Shown piece after piece: positions 28,406-37,846 of a stretch of 64,000 bases of DNA; the stretch's first letter is position 1; the number at the start of each line of letters is the position of its first letter. This stretch comes from a virus. Its lineage: Duplodnaviria > Heunggongvirae > Uroviricota > Caudoviricetes. Where the stretch lies: IMG/VR virus record IMGVR_UViG_2667527592_000002. One strand, written 5' to 3'. The notes beneath the pieces are model-generated. The model ran no database searches, was not told the origin of the DNA, and saw only the letters and a list, made by a program, of their open reading frames with translations. A program made the translations under genes and the position numbers.

Positions 28406-29913
28406 TGGCTGGCGGGCGCAAGATTAAATGCGTCACCAGCGATCCACGCTGGCGCGATATGGTAATCAAATACCGCTACAACTTTACCCAGGCTGTTGTC
28501 GATATTTTTGGGATGTTCCCCTCCCACCAGCAGCAGCAGATCATTCAGTCAGTGCAGGAAACGGGGAGTAGGACGACCGTCACGTCCGGACACGGAACGG
28601 GGAAGTCGTCCCTTACCGCGATGTTGCTGTTGATTTTTATGATCCTGTTCCCCGATGCCCGTGTCATCATTGTTGCTAACAAGATAGGCCAGGTAAAAAC
28701 AGGCGTATTCAAATACGTTAAACAGTATTGGGCGAATGCAGTTAAGCGTCATGGGTGGTTGCAGACCTATTTTGTCCTCTCTGACACCATGTTTTATGAG
28801 CGCTCCCGTAAGGGGATTTGGGAAGTTCTCTGCAAAGGTTATCGACTCGGCAACGAAGAAGCGCTGGCGGGGGAACACGCGGCACATTTGCTTCTAATTC
28901 TGGACGAAGCATCTGGTATATCTGATAAGGCGATCGGCGTAATGACCGGTGCTCTTACTGAAGAAGATAACCGGATGTTGATGCTATCCCAGCCAACAAG
29001 GCCAAGTGGTTATTTCTACGATTCGCACCATTCTCAAGCAAAAACCCCAGACAACCCGAAAGGGATCTGGACAGCAATTGTTCTTAACTCGGAAGAATCA
29101 CCGTTCGTCACACCACAATTCATCAAGCAGAAGCTTCTGGAATATGGCGGGCGCGATTCTATTGAGTACATGGTCAAGGTGCTTGGTCAGTTCCCACGAG
29201 AAATTAACGGCTATTTGCTTGGTCGTGATGAATGCGATCGCGCTGCTCGCCGCAAGGTGTTGTTGGAGAAAAACTGGGGATGGGTGGCAACGGCTGACGT
29301 TGGTAATGGGCGAGATAAGTCGGTCCTCAACATCTGCAAAGTATCTGGTCACAGGGATAAGCGGCGCGTTGTTAACTTTAAGGTAATGGAGATGCCTGGC
29401 ACTATGGACCCATTGGCCTTTGCTGACTTCATATATAACGAATGTACGCCGGAAAAATACCCGAATATAACAATCGCGGTTGATGCTGATGGTTTTGGTT
29501 CTGATACGTGTGCGCAGTTGGTGCGTCGTGGTGCGAACCCGGTACGTATTCGGTGGGGAAAACCCATGTTTGCGAACAAAGACAGGGAGCGATTTGTTAA
29601 TCAGCGTGCCTACGCAAATATTATGGCGCGTGATGCCATAAAGTCAGGGCGTATGCGGATAGACAGTGACCCTAAAACGGCAGAGCAAGCGTCAAAAATC
29701 CCCTTTTTACTGAATGAAGAAGGGAAAATGGCGATGATGCGCAAAGAGCACATGCGGCAAAAGCTAAACATCAAATCGCCTGACCGATGGGATACCTACT
29801 GCTTCACTATGCTGGTGGACTATGTGCCTGCTAATGAAGATATTGGTGCCGAAATGGCAACTTTCCGAGATCAGGTTCTGGCGGATATCGAAATGCCGGA
29901 TCTGGATATATAA
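28405..29913 (+). CDS. terminase large subunit (PacB-like ATPase)
   Basis: Walker A TSGHGTGKSS, Walker B LLLILDEASG; 502 aa. Confidence 0.75.
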   Translation: MAGGRKIKCVTSDPRWRDMVIKYRYNFTQAVVDIFGMFPSHQQQQIIQSVQETGSRTTVTSGHGTGKSSLTAMLLLIFMILFPDARVIIVANKIGQVKTGVFKYVKQYWANAVKRHGWLQTYFVLSDTMFYERSRKGIWEVLCKGYRLGNEEALAGEHAAHLLLILDEASGISDKAIGVMTGALTEEDNRMLMLSQPTRPSGYFYDSHHSQAKTPDNPKGIWTAIVLNSEESPFVTPQFIKQKLLEYGGRDSIEYMVKVLGQFPREINGYLLGRDECDRAARRKVLLEKNWGWVATADVGNGRDKSVLNICKVSGHRDKRRVVNFKVMEMPGTMDPLAFADFIYNECTPEKYPNITIAVDADGFGSDTCAQLVRRGANPVRIRWGKPMFANKDRERFVNQRAYANIMARDAIKSGRMRIDSDPKTAEQASKIPFLLNEEGKMAMMRKEHMRQKLNIKSPDRWDTYCFTMLVDYVPANEDIGAEMATFRDQVLADIEMPDLDI

Positions 29914-29940
29914 AGCCCCGCGATGCGGGGCCGGTTGTGA

Positions 29941-30978
29941 TTACCAGAGCTTCGCGGCGTACTGCGTTTGGGGGAATGTGTATCCGTAACGTTCTTCGAT
30001 TGCTTTGCCGTATTTTTTACGAGCTTCATTCAGTTTAATGCCGGTCAGGTCGTCTCCAGAGGCCATCATTACCTCTAACAATTCCAGATCCATTTTATCC
30101 AGCCTTGCCATTGCTTCACGTGATGTACGTATCTTACGCTCAATGATATGGCGAATAGCCGGATCGGCATCCTCCAGCATCTTAGCGGATTTCTGCTTAA
30201 GGCTTTCATTGCGAATATCGATGTTCCTTAAGATGTACGACTTCGCAACGTAGCTTGGCTGGTGTTTTTCCAGGTCACGAACACGATATAAGTTAAAATC
30301 GCCGAGAAGGCTGCAAGGTACCGATTCGACGCCAGAATAAATTGTAATGCTCCGGCGTTCACCAACATTATTGACAACGGGGATCGTTGTCTTCGGTAGT
30401 CTTGCGAAAACCAATGCGCCATGTGCGCCAACTCTAAAGCGAGAAAGGGCATTGCTGCCTTCGATGTTTGTTGTCAGCACAACATCTGTATATGCCTCTT
30501 TACGCGCCCGGTAGATCTCGCCTTCAGGCTCAGCTTCAAAGAAGCGCTGTTCTTCTTCAAGAGCGCCTACGATTTGAGAAAAAACCCTATTTTTCAGGCT
30601 TTTCTTTATGATTTTGTCGTATTTTTTGAGCAATTGTTCACGTGTAAATGTACGTGTTGTTGTAGCGCTTTGCACAACAACATGCGTGCTTTGATTGGTG
30701 TCCTCAATGATGAATGGGATCGGAGAATATACAGACTCAACAATGTTCGACGCTTTGCCGTCGGCATCGCGGCACATGTCAACGAAGGCTTTCCATTCAG
30801 CAAGACATTTTTCAGCTTCTTCTAATATGTTTTGGTCATGCGTTAATGCAACATGGCGGAATTCCTCGCCAGCATAACTGGTATCATGGAAAACAGAGTT
30901 TGCGACCACCAGCTCTTTCCACCGTTCAGCGGTTTGCAGGAACCGTTTGTACTCTTTCTCGATCGACTTCTTACTCAT
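29941..30978 (-). CDS. hypothetical protein (occupies P1 c1-repressor position; unverified)
   Basis: 345 aa ORF with bidirectional hairpin after stop; motif site 19 nt upstream of start. Confidence 0.4.
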   Translation of the reverse strand: MSKKSIEKEYKRFLQTAERWKELVVANSVFHDTSYAGEEFRHVALTHDQNILEEAEKCLAEWKAFVDMCRDADGKASNIVESVYSPIPFIIEDTNQSTHVVVQSATTTRTFTREQLLKKYDKIIKKSLKNRVFSQIVGALEEEQRFFEAEPEGEIYRARKEAYTDVVLTTNIEGSNALSRFRVGAHGALVFARLPKTTIPVVNNVGERRSITIYSGVESVPCSLLGDFNLYRVRDLEKHQPSYVAKSYILRNIDIRNESLKQKSAKMLEDADPAIRHIIERKIRTSREAMARLDKMDLELLEVMMASGDDLTGIKLNEARKKYGKAIEERYGYTFPQTQYAAKLW

Positions 30979-30996
30979 TATTCCTACTCGATTTAG

Positions 30997-31007
30997 TTTT
31001 CTAACAT
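30997..31007 (-). promoter_or_regulatory. TGTTAGAAAA-type recurrent motif
   Basis: ttttctaacat on + strand. Confidence 0.4.
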
Positions 31008-31187
31008 AAAATTACTATGACAAATTTATGTCGAATAACAGAGTGAGTAAAGGATCGAACTGTGATTTTTTGTCATCAATTTTAGAAAACCAACCGTAGA
31101 AACCACACTTCGCAAATTAAAGACCATGAAGGCAACGTGTTACTGGTCATCATCAATCTATGATGGATTTAAAAAAATCGGCATTTT

Positions 31188-31221
31188 ATAACTTTAAATA
31201 ATTGGCATTATTTAAAGTTAG
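31188..31221. other. lox-like recombination site (13-8-13)
   Basis: ATAACTTTAAATA-ATTGGCAT-TATTTAAAGTTAG; arms inverted 12/13; first 7 nt identical to loxP arm ATAACTT; about 150 bp upstream of cre. Confidence 0.75.
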
Positions 31222-31372
31222 GCTATAATCATGTGTAGATGAACAGTGTTGACATCACTGAAAATACGTGCCTCGAATCAAAGGCTTGTATTTTGAAAAT
31301 TAACTTATAGCTACCCTGTCATTTTTATATTTTTCGCGTAGCGTCATCTGTATATAGAGGTGTAATAGTTTC

Positions 31373-32401
31373 ATGGGTGAATTAATTATCTCTGGCAGTT
31401 CCGGTGGTTTTCTGCGCAACATTGGCAAAGAGTACCAGGAAGCCGCAGAAAACTTTATGCGGTTCATGAATGACCAGGGGGCTTATGCGCCGAATACTCT
31501 GCGCGACCTCCGGTTGGTGTTTCATTCCTGGGCGCGCTGGTGTCACGCTCGCCAGCTTGCCTGGTTTCCGATCTCACCAGAAATGGCCCGCGAGTATTTT
31601 CTTCAGCTGCATGATGCCGATCTGGCTTCGACCACCATTGATAAGCACTACGCCATGCTGAACATGCTGCTTTCGCATTGTGGCCTTCCGCCACTTTCGG
31701 ATGATAAAAGTGTTTCTCTGGCTATGCGGCGCATCCGGCGCGAAGCAGCAACTGAAAAAGGCGAACGAACAGGCCAGGCTATACCGCTGCGGTGGGACGA
31801 TCTGAAACTGCTCGACGTCCTGTTGTCCAGGTCAGAACGGCTGGTGGACCTGCGCAACCGGGCTTTTCTCTTTGTTGCATACAATACGCTGATGCGTATG
31901 TCGGAAATCTCGCGTATTCGTGTAGGAGATCTGGACCAGACAGGTGACACTGTCACGCTACATATTTCACACACGAAGACAATAACGACCGCCGCCGGGC
32001 TTGATAAGGTGCTTTCCCGTCGCACTACCGCTGTGCTGAATGACTGGCTGGATGTTTCCGGGCTTCGCGAACATCCTGACGCAGTGCTGTTCCCGCCGAT
32101 ACACCGTAGCAATAAGGCCAGGATCACGACAACGCCCCTTACTGCACCTGCAATGGAGAAAATATTCAGCGACGCCTGGGTGTTGCTGAATAAAAGAGAT
32201 GCTACGCCAAACAAAGGAAGATACCGGACGTGGACCGGGCATAGTGCACGCGTCGGGGCCGCTATTGATATGGCTGAAAAGCAGGTGTCTATGGTGGAGA
32301 TCATGCAGGAAGGAACCTGGAAGAAACCGGAAACACTTATGCGGTATCTTCGCCGTGGCGGCGTGTCTGTGGGGGCTAATAGCCGCCTGATGGATTCGTA
32401 A
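31373..32401 (+). CDS. cre: Cre-like tyrosine recombinase
   Basis: colinear with P1 Cre as recalled: ...SLAMRRIRRE..., ...AYNTLMRMSEISRIRV..., ...GHSARVGAAIDMA..., ...EIMQEGTWKKPETLMRYLR (catalytic R-H-R-W-Y positions conserved). Confidence 0.92.
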   Translation: MGELIISGSSGGFLRNIGKEYQEAAENFMRFMNDQGAYAPNTLRDLRLVFHSWARWCHARQLAWFPISPEMAREYFLQLHDADLASTTIDKHYAMLNMLLSHCGLPPLSDDKSVSLAMRRIRREAATEKGERTGQAIPLRWDDLKLLDVLLSRSERLVDLRNRAFLFVAYNTLMRMSEISRIRVGDLDQTGDTVTLHISHTKTITTAAGLDKVLSRRTTAVLNDWLDVSGLREHPDAVLFPPIHRSNKARITTTPLTAPAMEKIFSDAWVLLNKRDATPNKGRYRTWTGHSARVGAAIDMAEKQVSMVEIMQEGTWKKPETLMRYLRRGGVSVGANSRLMDS

Positions 32402-32407
32402 ATTAAA

Positions 32408-32418
32408 TTTCTAACACA
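32408..32418 (-). promoter_or_regulatory. TGTTAGAAAA-type recurrent motif
   Basis: tttctaacaca. Confidence 0.4.
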
Positions 32419-32474
32419 TCTTTTTAGATTAACGCCTTTGCTGTAAAGTACCCTCGCCTATTTAGGAGGGTGCT

Positions 32475-32819
32475 TTGCAGAGTCAAATCACGGAATCAAG
32501 ACGCTTCAAGGTGGATGGTTACACCGTAACCTTCGCCGCTGGTGTTAAGAACAGTCATGCTGTCGTTGTGTTCGGCATCATGACCGGGCTTGAGGCCGTC
32601 CCTGTGTTTACCCTCGAAAAAAACTGGCGAAATCTGGAGGAAGCAGAAAGCTACGTCCGGAAAGTAACCATCATTGCCGCCGAAAAACTCCTGGCCCACT
32701 ATCAGGAAAATTATCGCACTATGGTCGAGAAGATTAATCTCGCTTTCACTCGCCCCACTACCGGCTTTATTGCACCGGATACTAATGCAGGTCGATATCC
32801 TGCAAGGGGGCGTCGGTGA
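32475..32819 (+). CDS. hypothetical protein
   Basis: 114 aa ORF after cre. Confidence 0.3.
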   Translation: MQSQITESRRFKVDGYTVTFAAGVKNSHAVVVFGIMTGLEAVPVFTLEKNWRNLEEAESYVRKVTIIAAEKLLAHYQENYRTMVEKINLAFTRPTTGFIAPDTNAGRYPARGRR

Positions 32820-33292
32820 AAACTTATTACCCATCTCTGAATTGTTACCCGTCTTCCTATCCAGAATTATCCGGGAAGCTGTTAGCTCTATTAGCTAAAG
32901 CACCTACGGAATGGTTTAAGCCAGTCGTTATCAATCCACACTTCCTGGATTACGGATCTGTTCGCACTCGTAACGAACTCAAAAACCTACTGGCGCATGG
33001 ATTCATTCGACACCGTGCCGGGAAAGGCTATCAGTTAGCGATTGCGCCAGAAGAGGCCATGCGGCTATTCGCATATCGTGACAGCCAGACAAAAGCTCGG
33101 GTAATAGCTCAAATACTTCATAACGGCAGCACCTATGCCCGCCAGTTTGGCGGCGACACGTCGCAGTTCTTGCGGGCGGTGCGATCGCTGGAGGAGCAAG
33201 GAGTTATTGAAAGTTCCTGTCTTCCTGTTCCTACCGTTCCACATATCAAACGTCGGGTTTACACCTTCACGCAGAGAGCTAAAAAACAATGA
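32816..33292 (+). CDS. hypothetical protein
   Basis: 158 aa ORF, overlapping stop/start. Confidence 0.3.
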   Translation: MKTYYPSLNCYPSSYPELSGKLLALLAKAPTEWFKPVVINPHFLDYGSVRTRNELKNLLAHGFIRHRAGKGYQLAIAPEEAMRLFAYRDSQTKARVIAQILHNGSTYARQFGGDTSQFLRAVRSLEEQGVIESSCLPVPTVPHIKRRVYTFTQRAKKQ

Positions 33293-33783
33293 TTTACGTA
33301 AAAGTGAAACGCCTACATCCGGCAGCAAAACTTCCAGCTTATGCCACCTCCGGATCGGCGGCGATGGATTTTGAGGCTGTTGAAATAACACCATGCGTCG
33401 ATAGCAATGGTGAAATTTCCTCAAGCTGGTGGGTGCATACCGGACTGGCTATGGAGATCCCGCCCGGCTGGTGTCTGAAACTCTATCCGCGATCCGGATT
33501 GGGCTGCAAAAAACATACTCGCCTGGCTAACTGCGTAGGAATTATCGACTCCGATTATCGCGGTGAAATCATGGCAAAACTGATTACTGATCCCGGCGGG
33601 GAAGGCGTTTGTCTCAAGCCTGGAATGGCTGTCATGCAAGGCATTTTTGAGCGTGTTGAACAAGTCTCACTAGTCGAGGTTGAGGAACTCAACGAAACGG
33701 AACGTGGTGCTGGTGGCTTTGGTAGCACATCGGAAGGCCACTTTGAAATTAAGCGTTCACCGCTTCAGTACGAAAAGTTATAA
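33289..33783 (+). CDS. dut: dUTPase
   Basis: motifs ...GIIDSDYRGE... and C-terminal ...RGAGGFGSTS... Confidence 0.85.
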   Translation: MIYVKVKRLHPAAKLPAYATSGSAAMDFEAVEITPCVDSNGEISSSWWVHTGLAMEIPPGWCLKLYPRSGLGCKKHTRLANCVGIIDSDYRGEIMAKLITDPGGEGVCLKPGMAVMQGIFERVEQVSLVEVEELNETERGAGGFGSTSEGHFEIKRSPLQYEKL

Positions 33784-33797
33784 GCAGAGAAAAGACT

Positions 33798-34475
33798 ATG
33801 AATAACATGACAACGAAAGAGCTTTTGACGGCACTTCCAAAATACAAAAGCCATAAAACAGTTCGTGCCTCAAAAATCAAAGATATCGAAATTATCGCCC
33901 TAATGGATGTGGTCCTTCTTTGCAACATCGAAGTCGTTGAGCCAGAAGGGGTAAAAGTCCATGTTGATAAAATGTTTTTGCAAAAACACCGACCAGAAAT
34001 TGGCGGATATCTGGTCGCTTATGAGGACGGATCTCTGTCCTATTCACCAGAAAAAACATTTGAAGAAGGCTTTAGTCGGACTAACGACTTCTTCGAAAAT
34101 GGGGCATTGCTCAGCATTGAAGGTCACAATGGGGTGACATTCATTACAGCCAGGGACGTAACTATTTCTGCTGGCGGTATCGCTACTCTACAAGAAGAAA
34201 TCGACCTTGAAGCAGCCGACTTTTCTGACGCGCTGATGTGGCTGAAGGATGGCAAGAAAGTTGCTCGACGCGGGTGGAACGGCGAAAACCAATTCTGCTG
34301 GCTGGTTCCTGAAGGACAGTACCCGGCACGAATGGAAGCCATTAAGGGATATTTCCCCGGCGACCTCGTTCCGTATGGTGCTTATTTCGCCTTAAAAAAT
34401 GCACAAGGTGTAGTTGTTCCGTGGGTTCCTTCTGTAGGCGACTTACTGGCATGTGACTGGTTTGTAGTGGAGTAA
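33798..34475 (+). CDS. two-domain protein with C-terminal DUF2829 (Tad2-type)-like domain
   Basis: ...DALMWLKDGKKVARRGWNGENQFCWLVPEG...VVPWVPSVGDLLACDWFVVE. Confidence 0.5.
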   Translation: MNNMTTKELLTALPKYKSHKTVRASKIKDIEIIALMDVVLLCNIEVVEPEGVKVHVDKMFLQKHRPEIGGYLVAYEDGSLSYSPEKTFEEGFSRTNDFFENGALLSIEGHNGVTFITARDVTISAGGIATLQEEIDLEAADFSDALMWLKDGKKVARRGWNGENQFCWLVPEGQYPARMEAIKGYFPGDLVPYGAYFALKNAQGVVVPWVPSVGDLLACDWFVVE

Positions 34476-34481
34476 TTTGAC

Positions 34482-35288
34482 ATGGAAAGCACCAAAACAA
34501 TTCAATACCGCTTGCGTAATGGCCTGCTGGTGGCTGTTAACGCCGACATGTCACTGCCGTTTGACACGATTGAACGCACTATCATGACGTATCTCGGCTT
34601 TAATGAAGAACTGAATGAAGAGCATGGCGTAGCTATATGGAGTGATGCAGACAGCGGCGTTCGTCGTTACATCACCGCCAGGGGCAAAGACTACTCTCTG
34701 GAAGAACTGTTTGCCCTTGCGCAGTCTTTCGAATGTGTAGCATTAGACCTGTTTAATGATCCTGCTATAGCGCAACGACTTATACGCGAGCTTGGGCTAT
34801 CCGTTACACCAATTATCTTTAAAAATGGCAGCCTGACTGGCACATGGCGCGTAGAACGCATCTCAAACTACCTTCCATATAACCGACAGTTAAATGGAGT
34901 AATCTCCGGCGTTAATCAGCCCGTAGCGTGTGAAAATGTAAATCTGGTTGTCGCTGTTTTGGCAACCGCATGTCGTGTTATCGGTTTGGCTAAACAGGCA
35001 TTTATTCATTTCCCAAATGGTGCAGAAGGTAGCGCAGAGATTATCGCGTGTGATTTCGAATTTACCTGGATGCTACGCGAATATCTGGACCAAACAGTGT
35101 TCCGCGCCGAAGAACTGGATATGTATATCACGTCAACGATTCCTGATGATGTGCGTGCTGAAGCAATCGCCACAGCAAGGGCCAAATGCCGTGCGGCGAT
35201 TGCAGAACAGGCCAAAGAAGAACAGTCCGATGAAGTCGCGGCAGATGTGGAGGCAGAGGTAGCGGAGGATGCTGATGCTGACGCCTAA
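34482..35288 (+). CDS. hypothetical protein with acidic C-terminal tail
   Basis: 268 aa; C-terminus ...EEQSDEVAADVEAEVAEDADADA. Confidence 0.35.
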   Translation: MESTKTIQYRLRNGLLVAVNADMSLPFDTIERTIMTYLGFNEELNEEHGVAIWSDADSGVRRYITARGKDYSLEELFALAQSFECVALDLFNDPAIAQRLIRELGLSVTPIIFKNGSLTGTWRVERISNYLPYNRQLNGVISGVNQPVACENVNLVVAVLATACRVIGLAKQAFIHFPNGAEGSAEIIACDFEFTWMLREYLDQTVFRAEELDMYITSTIPDDVRAEAIATARAKCRAAIAEQAKEEQSDEVAADVEAEVAEDADADA

Positions 35289-36375
35289 AAACATCACCGA
35301 ATTACCAGAGTGGAGAGAGCTGGTAAGCAAATATAGCCATGACTGGGCATTAGCAGCAGAAGAGTTGATGGGTGTTAAGTTAACCCACCAGCAAAAGCTA
35401 ATTGTTGAGGCGATTCAACAAAAAGGTTCAGCAGTCAGCGTCACCACTCCTGAAGGGATAGGCCAAAAGACGGTTATCGCTATAATTAGTATTCTTTATA
35501 CAATCCTGATGCCTGAGTCTAAAACGGTTATTGTTTCCCCAAAGTTCTATAATTGTCGCAGGCAAGTTATCCAATACATAAGTACGTATTGGGATAGAGT
35601 CAGTAACAGAATCCCATTGCTGGGAGAATATTTTAAAGTCGATGGAAACGGCATCAATCATCGTTACCGGGAATATTGGGGCTGCGAAATTAAGCCATAT
35701 CACCGAAATTATGAGGAAGGTTTCGGTGGATATTATGCTGAACATCTTTTAATCATTGTTACGGAGGCGGCTCTTGCTGGCGATCGGCTATTCAGCATGT
35801 TAAGAGCATCGTTAGTAAGTGACGATTCACGTATACTTTTAATGTCCGCTCCTTCAGAGGAGGAGCATGGACACTTTTACGATTCCCATCATGGTCGTGC
35901 TAAATCAGAAGAAAATCCATGTGGTATTTATACAGCCATCAAGCTGAACGCAGAAGATACCCCCATTATTTCTCAAGGTTATCTTGATAACATTGCAGAA
36001 ATATATGGTGGTAAAAACAGCGATTACTACCGTCGTATGGTTCTTGGTGAGTTTCCTGGTATTAGGGGGGCTGTTCTTGAATCAGATATGCCGAAGACAA
36101 TGCGCTTTTCGATGCCTGATGGTAGTGAATGGATAATGCCATTACGAGTGATAGCCCGGCATCATGCACAGCACCACGCCAAAAAACATGGCGTTACAAC
36201 ATTGGAGTGGTTGAAATCGCACACCATTCCACTCTTCACTGCAGATCACAATGCTATCGTTGAGTGGGCAAAAACAATTCCGTGGGAGAATGTTGCTGAA
36301 TACGCCCACATGCTAAAACCGCCGAAAGACAGGCAAGAAATTAGCTGGCTGACAGCAGAAAAAATCATTGAGTGA
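35269..36375 (+). CDS. terminase-large-subunit-like ATPase-domain paralogue, degenerate Walker motifs
   Basis: shares ...HFYDSHHG.AK...NP.GI.TAI.LN.E..P...QG.L...AEIYGG... with PacB-like 28405..29913; Walker A TPEGIGQKT, Walker B LLIIVTEAA (DE replaced by TE). Confidence 0.5.
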   Translation: MLMLTPKNITELPEWRELVSKYSHDWALAAEELMGVKLTHQQKLIVEAIQQKGSAVSVTTPEGIGQKTVIAIISILYTILMPESKTVIVSPKFYNCRRQVIQYISTYWDRVSNRIPLLGEYFKVDGNGINHRYREYWGCEIKPYHRNYEEGFGGYYAEHLLIIVTEAALAGDRLFSMLRASLVSDDSRILLMSAPSEEEHGHFYDSHHGRAKSEENPCGIYTAIKLNAEDTPIISQGYLDNIAEIYGGKNSDYYRRMVLGEFPGIRGAVLESDMPKTMRFSMPDGSEWIMPLRVIARHHAQHHAKKHGVTTLEWLKSHTIPLFTADHNAIVEWAKTIPWENVAEYAHMLKPPKDRQEISWLTAEKIIE

Positions 36376-36381
36376 TAGTAG

Positions 36382-36412
36382 GAAGCCCGCCTGGTTGAGC
36401 GGGCTTCTTTTC
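36382..36412. terminator. bidirectional hairpin terminator
   Basis: gaagcccgc-ctggttga-gcgggcttc + ttttc between convergent genes. Confidence 0.55.
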
Positions 36413-36791
36413 AAATATTGGAACCATATAGTTCACGTAGTTTTTCCGCTACTGAAGATACGGGGATTTCACCAGTTGCAGCCCCCACCGCAAGTTCCAC
36501 CAGCACGGGAGAATCATATACCTGTATACCGTTACGGCGTAGAAATAGCAGCGCACTGTTTAGCGCGGTACGCTTATTGGCATCATTGAATATATGCCCT
36601 CTCGCAGTAGCCACCAGGTAGGTTGCGGAGACTTCGAAAAGGTCGGTGATCTCTTCGTAGGCAACTCTGGCCTGAACTCTCCCGATAATGGCCTCTGCCC
36701 TACCCGGATCTGACATTCCCGGCAGGCCGCCGTAGCGGCTTATATTCGCATCATGAAGCGCAATAAGTTCTTCCGGTGATATATGCCTCAT
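36411..36791 (-). CDS. doc: Doc toxin (Fic-fold kinase)
   Basis: [40 protein letters not shown]... near-identical to P1 Doc as recalled. Confidence 0.95.
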
Positions 36792-37018
36792 TATCGGTTA
36801 ACCAGTTCCTTGTTGGTGGAGTCCAGGGTGTCAAACAGGGATGCAAATTCAGCATCCAGCGCCGCCTTTTTGTAGGCTTCGAAAGTAGCCTTGCTGACAA
36901 TTACTGCTGGTTCACGGCCTCTGCGGGTGATTTCAACCTCTTCCCCGGCTTCAACATTGTTGAGCAATTCAGAAAGGTTGCCGCGCGCGGTACGGAAGTT
37001 AATGGACTGCATAAACAC
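36791..37018 (-). CDS. phd: Phd antitoxin
   Basis: ...[49 protein letters not shown]...; likely true start at ATG 37012; stop overlaps doc start. Confidence 0.95.
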
Positions 37019-37084
37019 CTCGTGTACTCGTTATGTGTACACAATCATAAACTTCACAGGCATAAAGCACCAGCACTTTGCAGC

Positions 37085-37474
37085 TTAAATGACCGGACAA
37101 TCATCAAACTCCCCACTTCGGGCATCATTGATGACATGAGTGATCACACCAAAAACAGCATTACTACCCGTGTAACCATCGTCATCTACTGGTAACGCCT
37201 CTTTCTTCCCGGTGCTTAAATCCTCCAGGTGCTGGCGCGGATACTTTCGGTATCTCTTTATGCGATATTCACCCTCCATAGCGCACACAAGCAGCGAACC
37301 ATCAACTGGAGTAAGCGAAGAATCAACCACCAGCAAAGCACCCTGCAATATTCCCTCACGGTGATGGCTGTCTGCCGCCCGCATGAAGTATGTCGCTGAT
37401 GGATGCCTGATTAGTTGCTGATCAAGAGAAATTCTGCTTTCAACATAGTCCGCCGCAGGAGAAGGGAAGCCCAT
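37085..37474 (-). CDS. humD: HumD (UmuD'-like SOS mutagenesis subunit homologue)
   Basis: MGFPSPAADYVESRISLDQQLIRHPSATYFMRA... colinear with UmuD from GFPSPAADY onward. Confidence 0.85.
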   Translation of the reverse strand: MGFPSPAADYVESRISLDQQLIRHPSATYFMRAADSHHREGILQGALLVVDSSLTPVDGSLLVCAMEGEYRIKRYRKYPRQHLEDLSTGKKEALPVDDDGYTGSNAVFGVITHVINDARSGEFDDCPVI

Positions 37475-37561
37475 AGCGTTTTCACCTCAATAATACTGTT
37501 CATTTATACAGTATACATTAAAGAGACACCTTTGGTGCAAACGCGTTATCGCCGGTCATCA

Positions 37562-37846
37562 TTAACTCCTACATTCAGGGCAAGAGTTCCCTTCCGCAAA
37601 ATAGGGGAAACTGCTATCAAGCTCATCACACCATCTGCGATGGTCGTAGCACCAAAACGCCTCCCACGGTGCACGGAAATACTTCATCCACCAGGACACT
37701 CGATCAGGTATATCTGCTGGTGGCAGCTCTTCTGGCAATAATTTGCCTGATAATTCCCTTTCCGCCCGCGCCAGCATTCCTTTTAGACTCGCATTCTCTT
37801 TTTCAAGAATCTCTATGCGCGCCTGTAACTCAGCTTTCGTTGGCAT
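37562..37846 (-). CDS. hypothetical protein (start trimmed to MPTKAELQ...)
   Basis: ORF track 37562..37918 overlaps upstream gene; internal Met resolves overlap; coiled-coil. Confidence 0.3.
   Translation of the reverse strand: MPTKAELQARIEILEKENASLKGMLARAERELSGKLLPEELPPADIPDRVSWWMKYFRAPWEAFWCYDHRRWCDELDSSFPYFAEGNSCPECRS

Noticed and set aside
29941-30978. Calling the 345-aa protein the P1 C1 repressor
   Set aside because: Only positional analogy (between pacB-like gene and lox/cre); no sequence similarity to C1 that I can recognise, so left as hypothetical.
31648-32304. 218-aa minus-strand ORF
   Set aside because: Antisense to the well-supported Cre-like gene.
31373-32401. Cre-like recombinase as the integrase responsible for insertion next to glnS
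   Set aside because: The lox-like site lies upstream of cre, not at the junction; Cre/lox in P1-type elements resolves plasmid dimers. No att-like repeat seen at 63248..63295.
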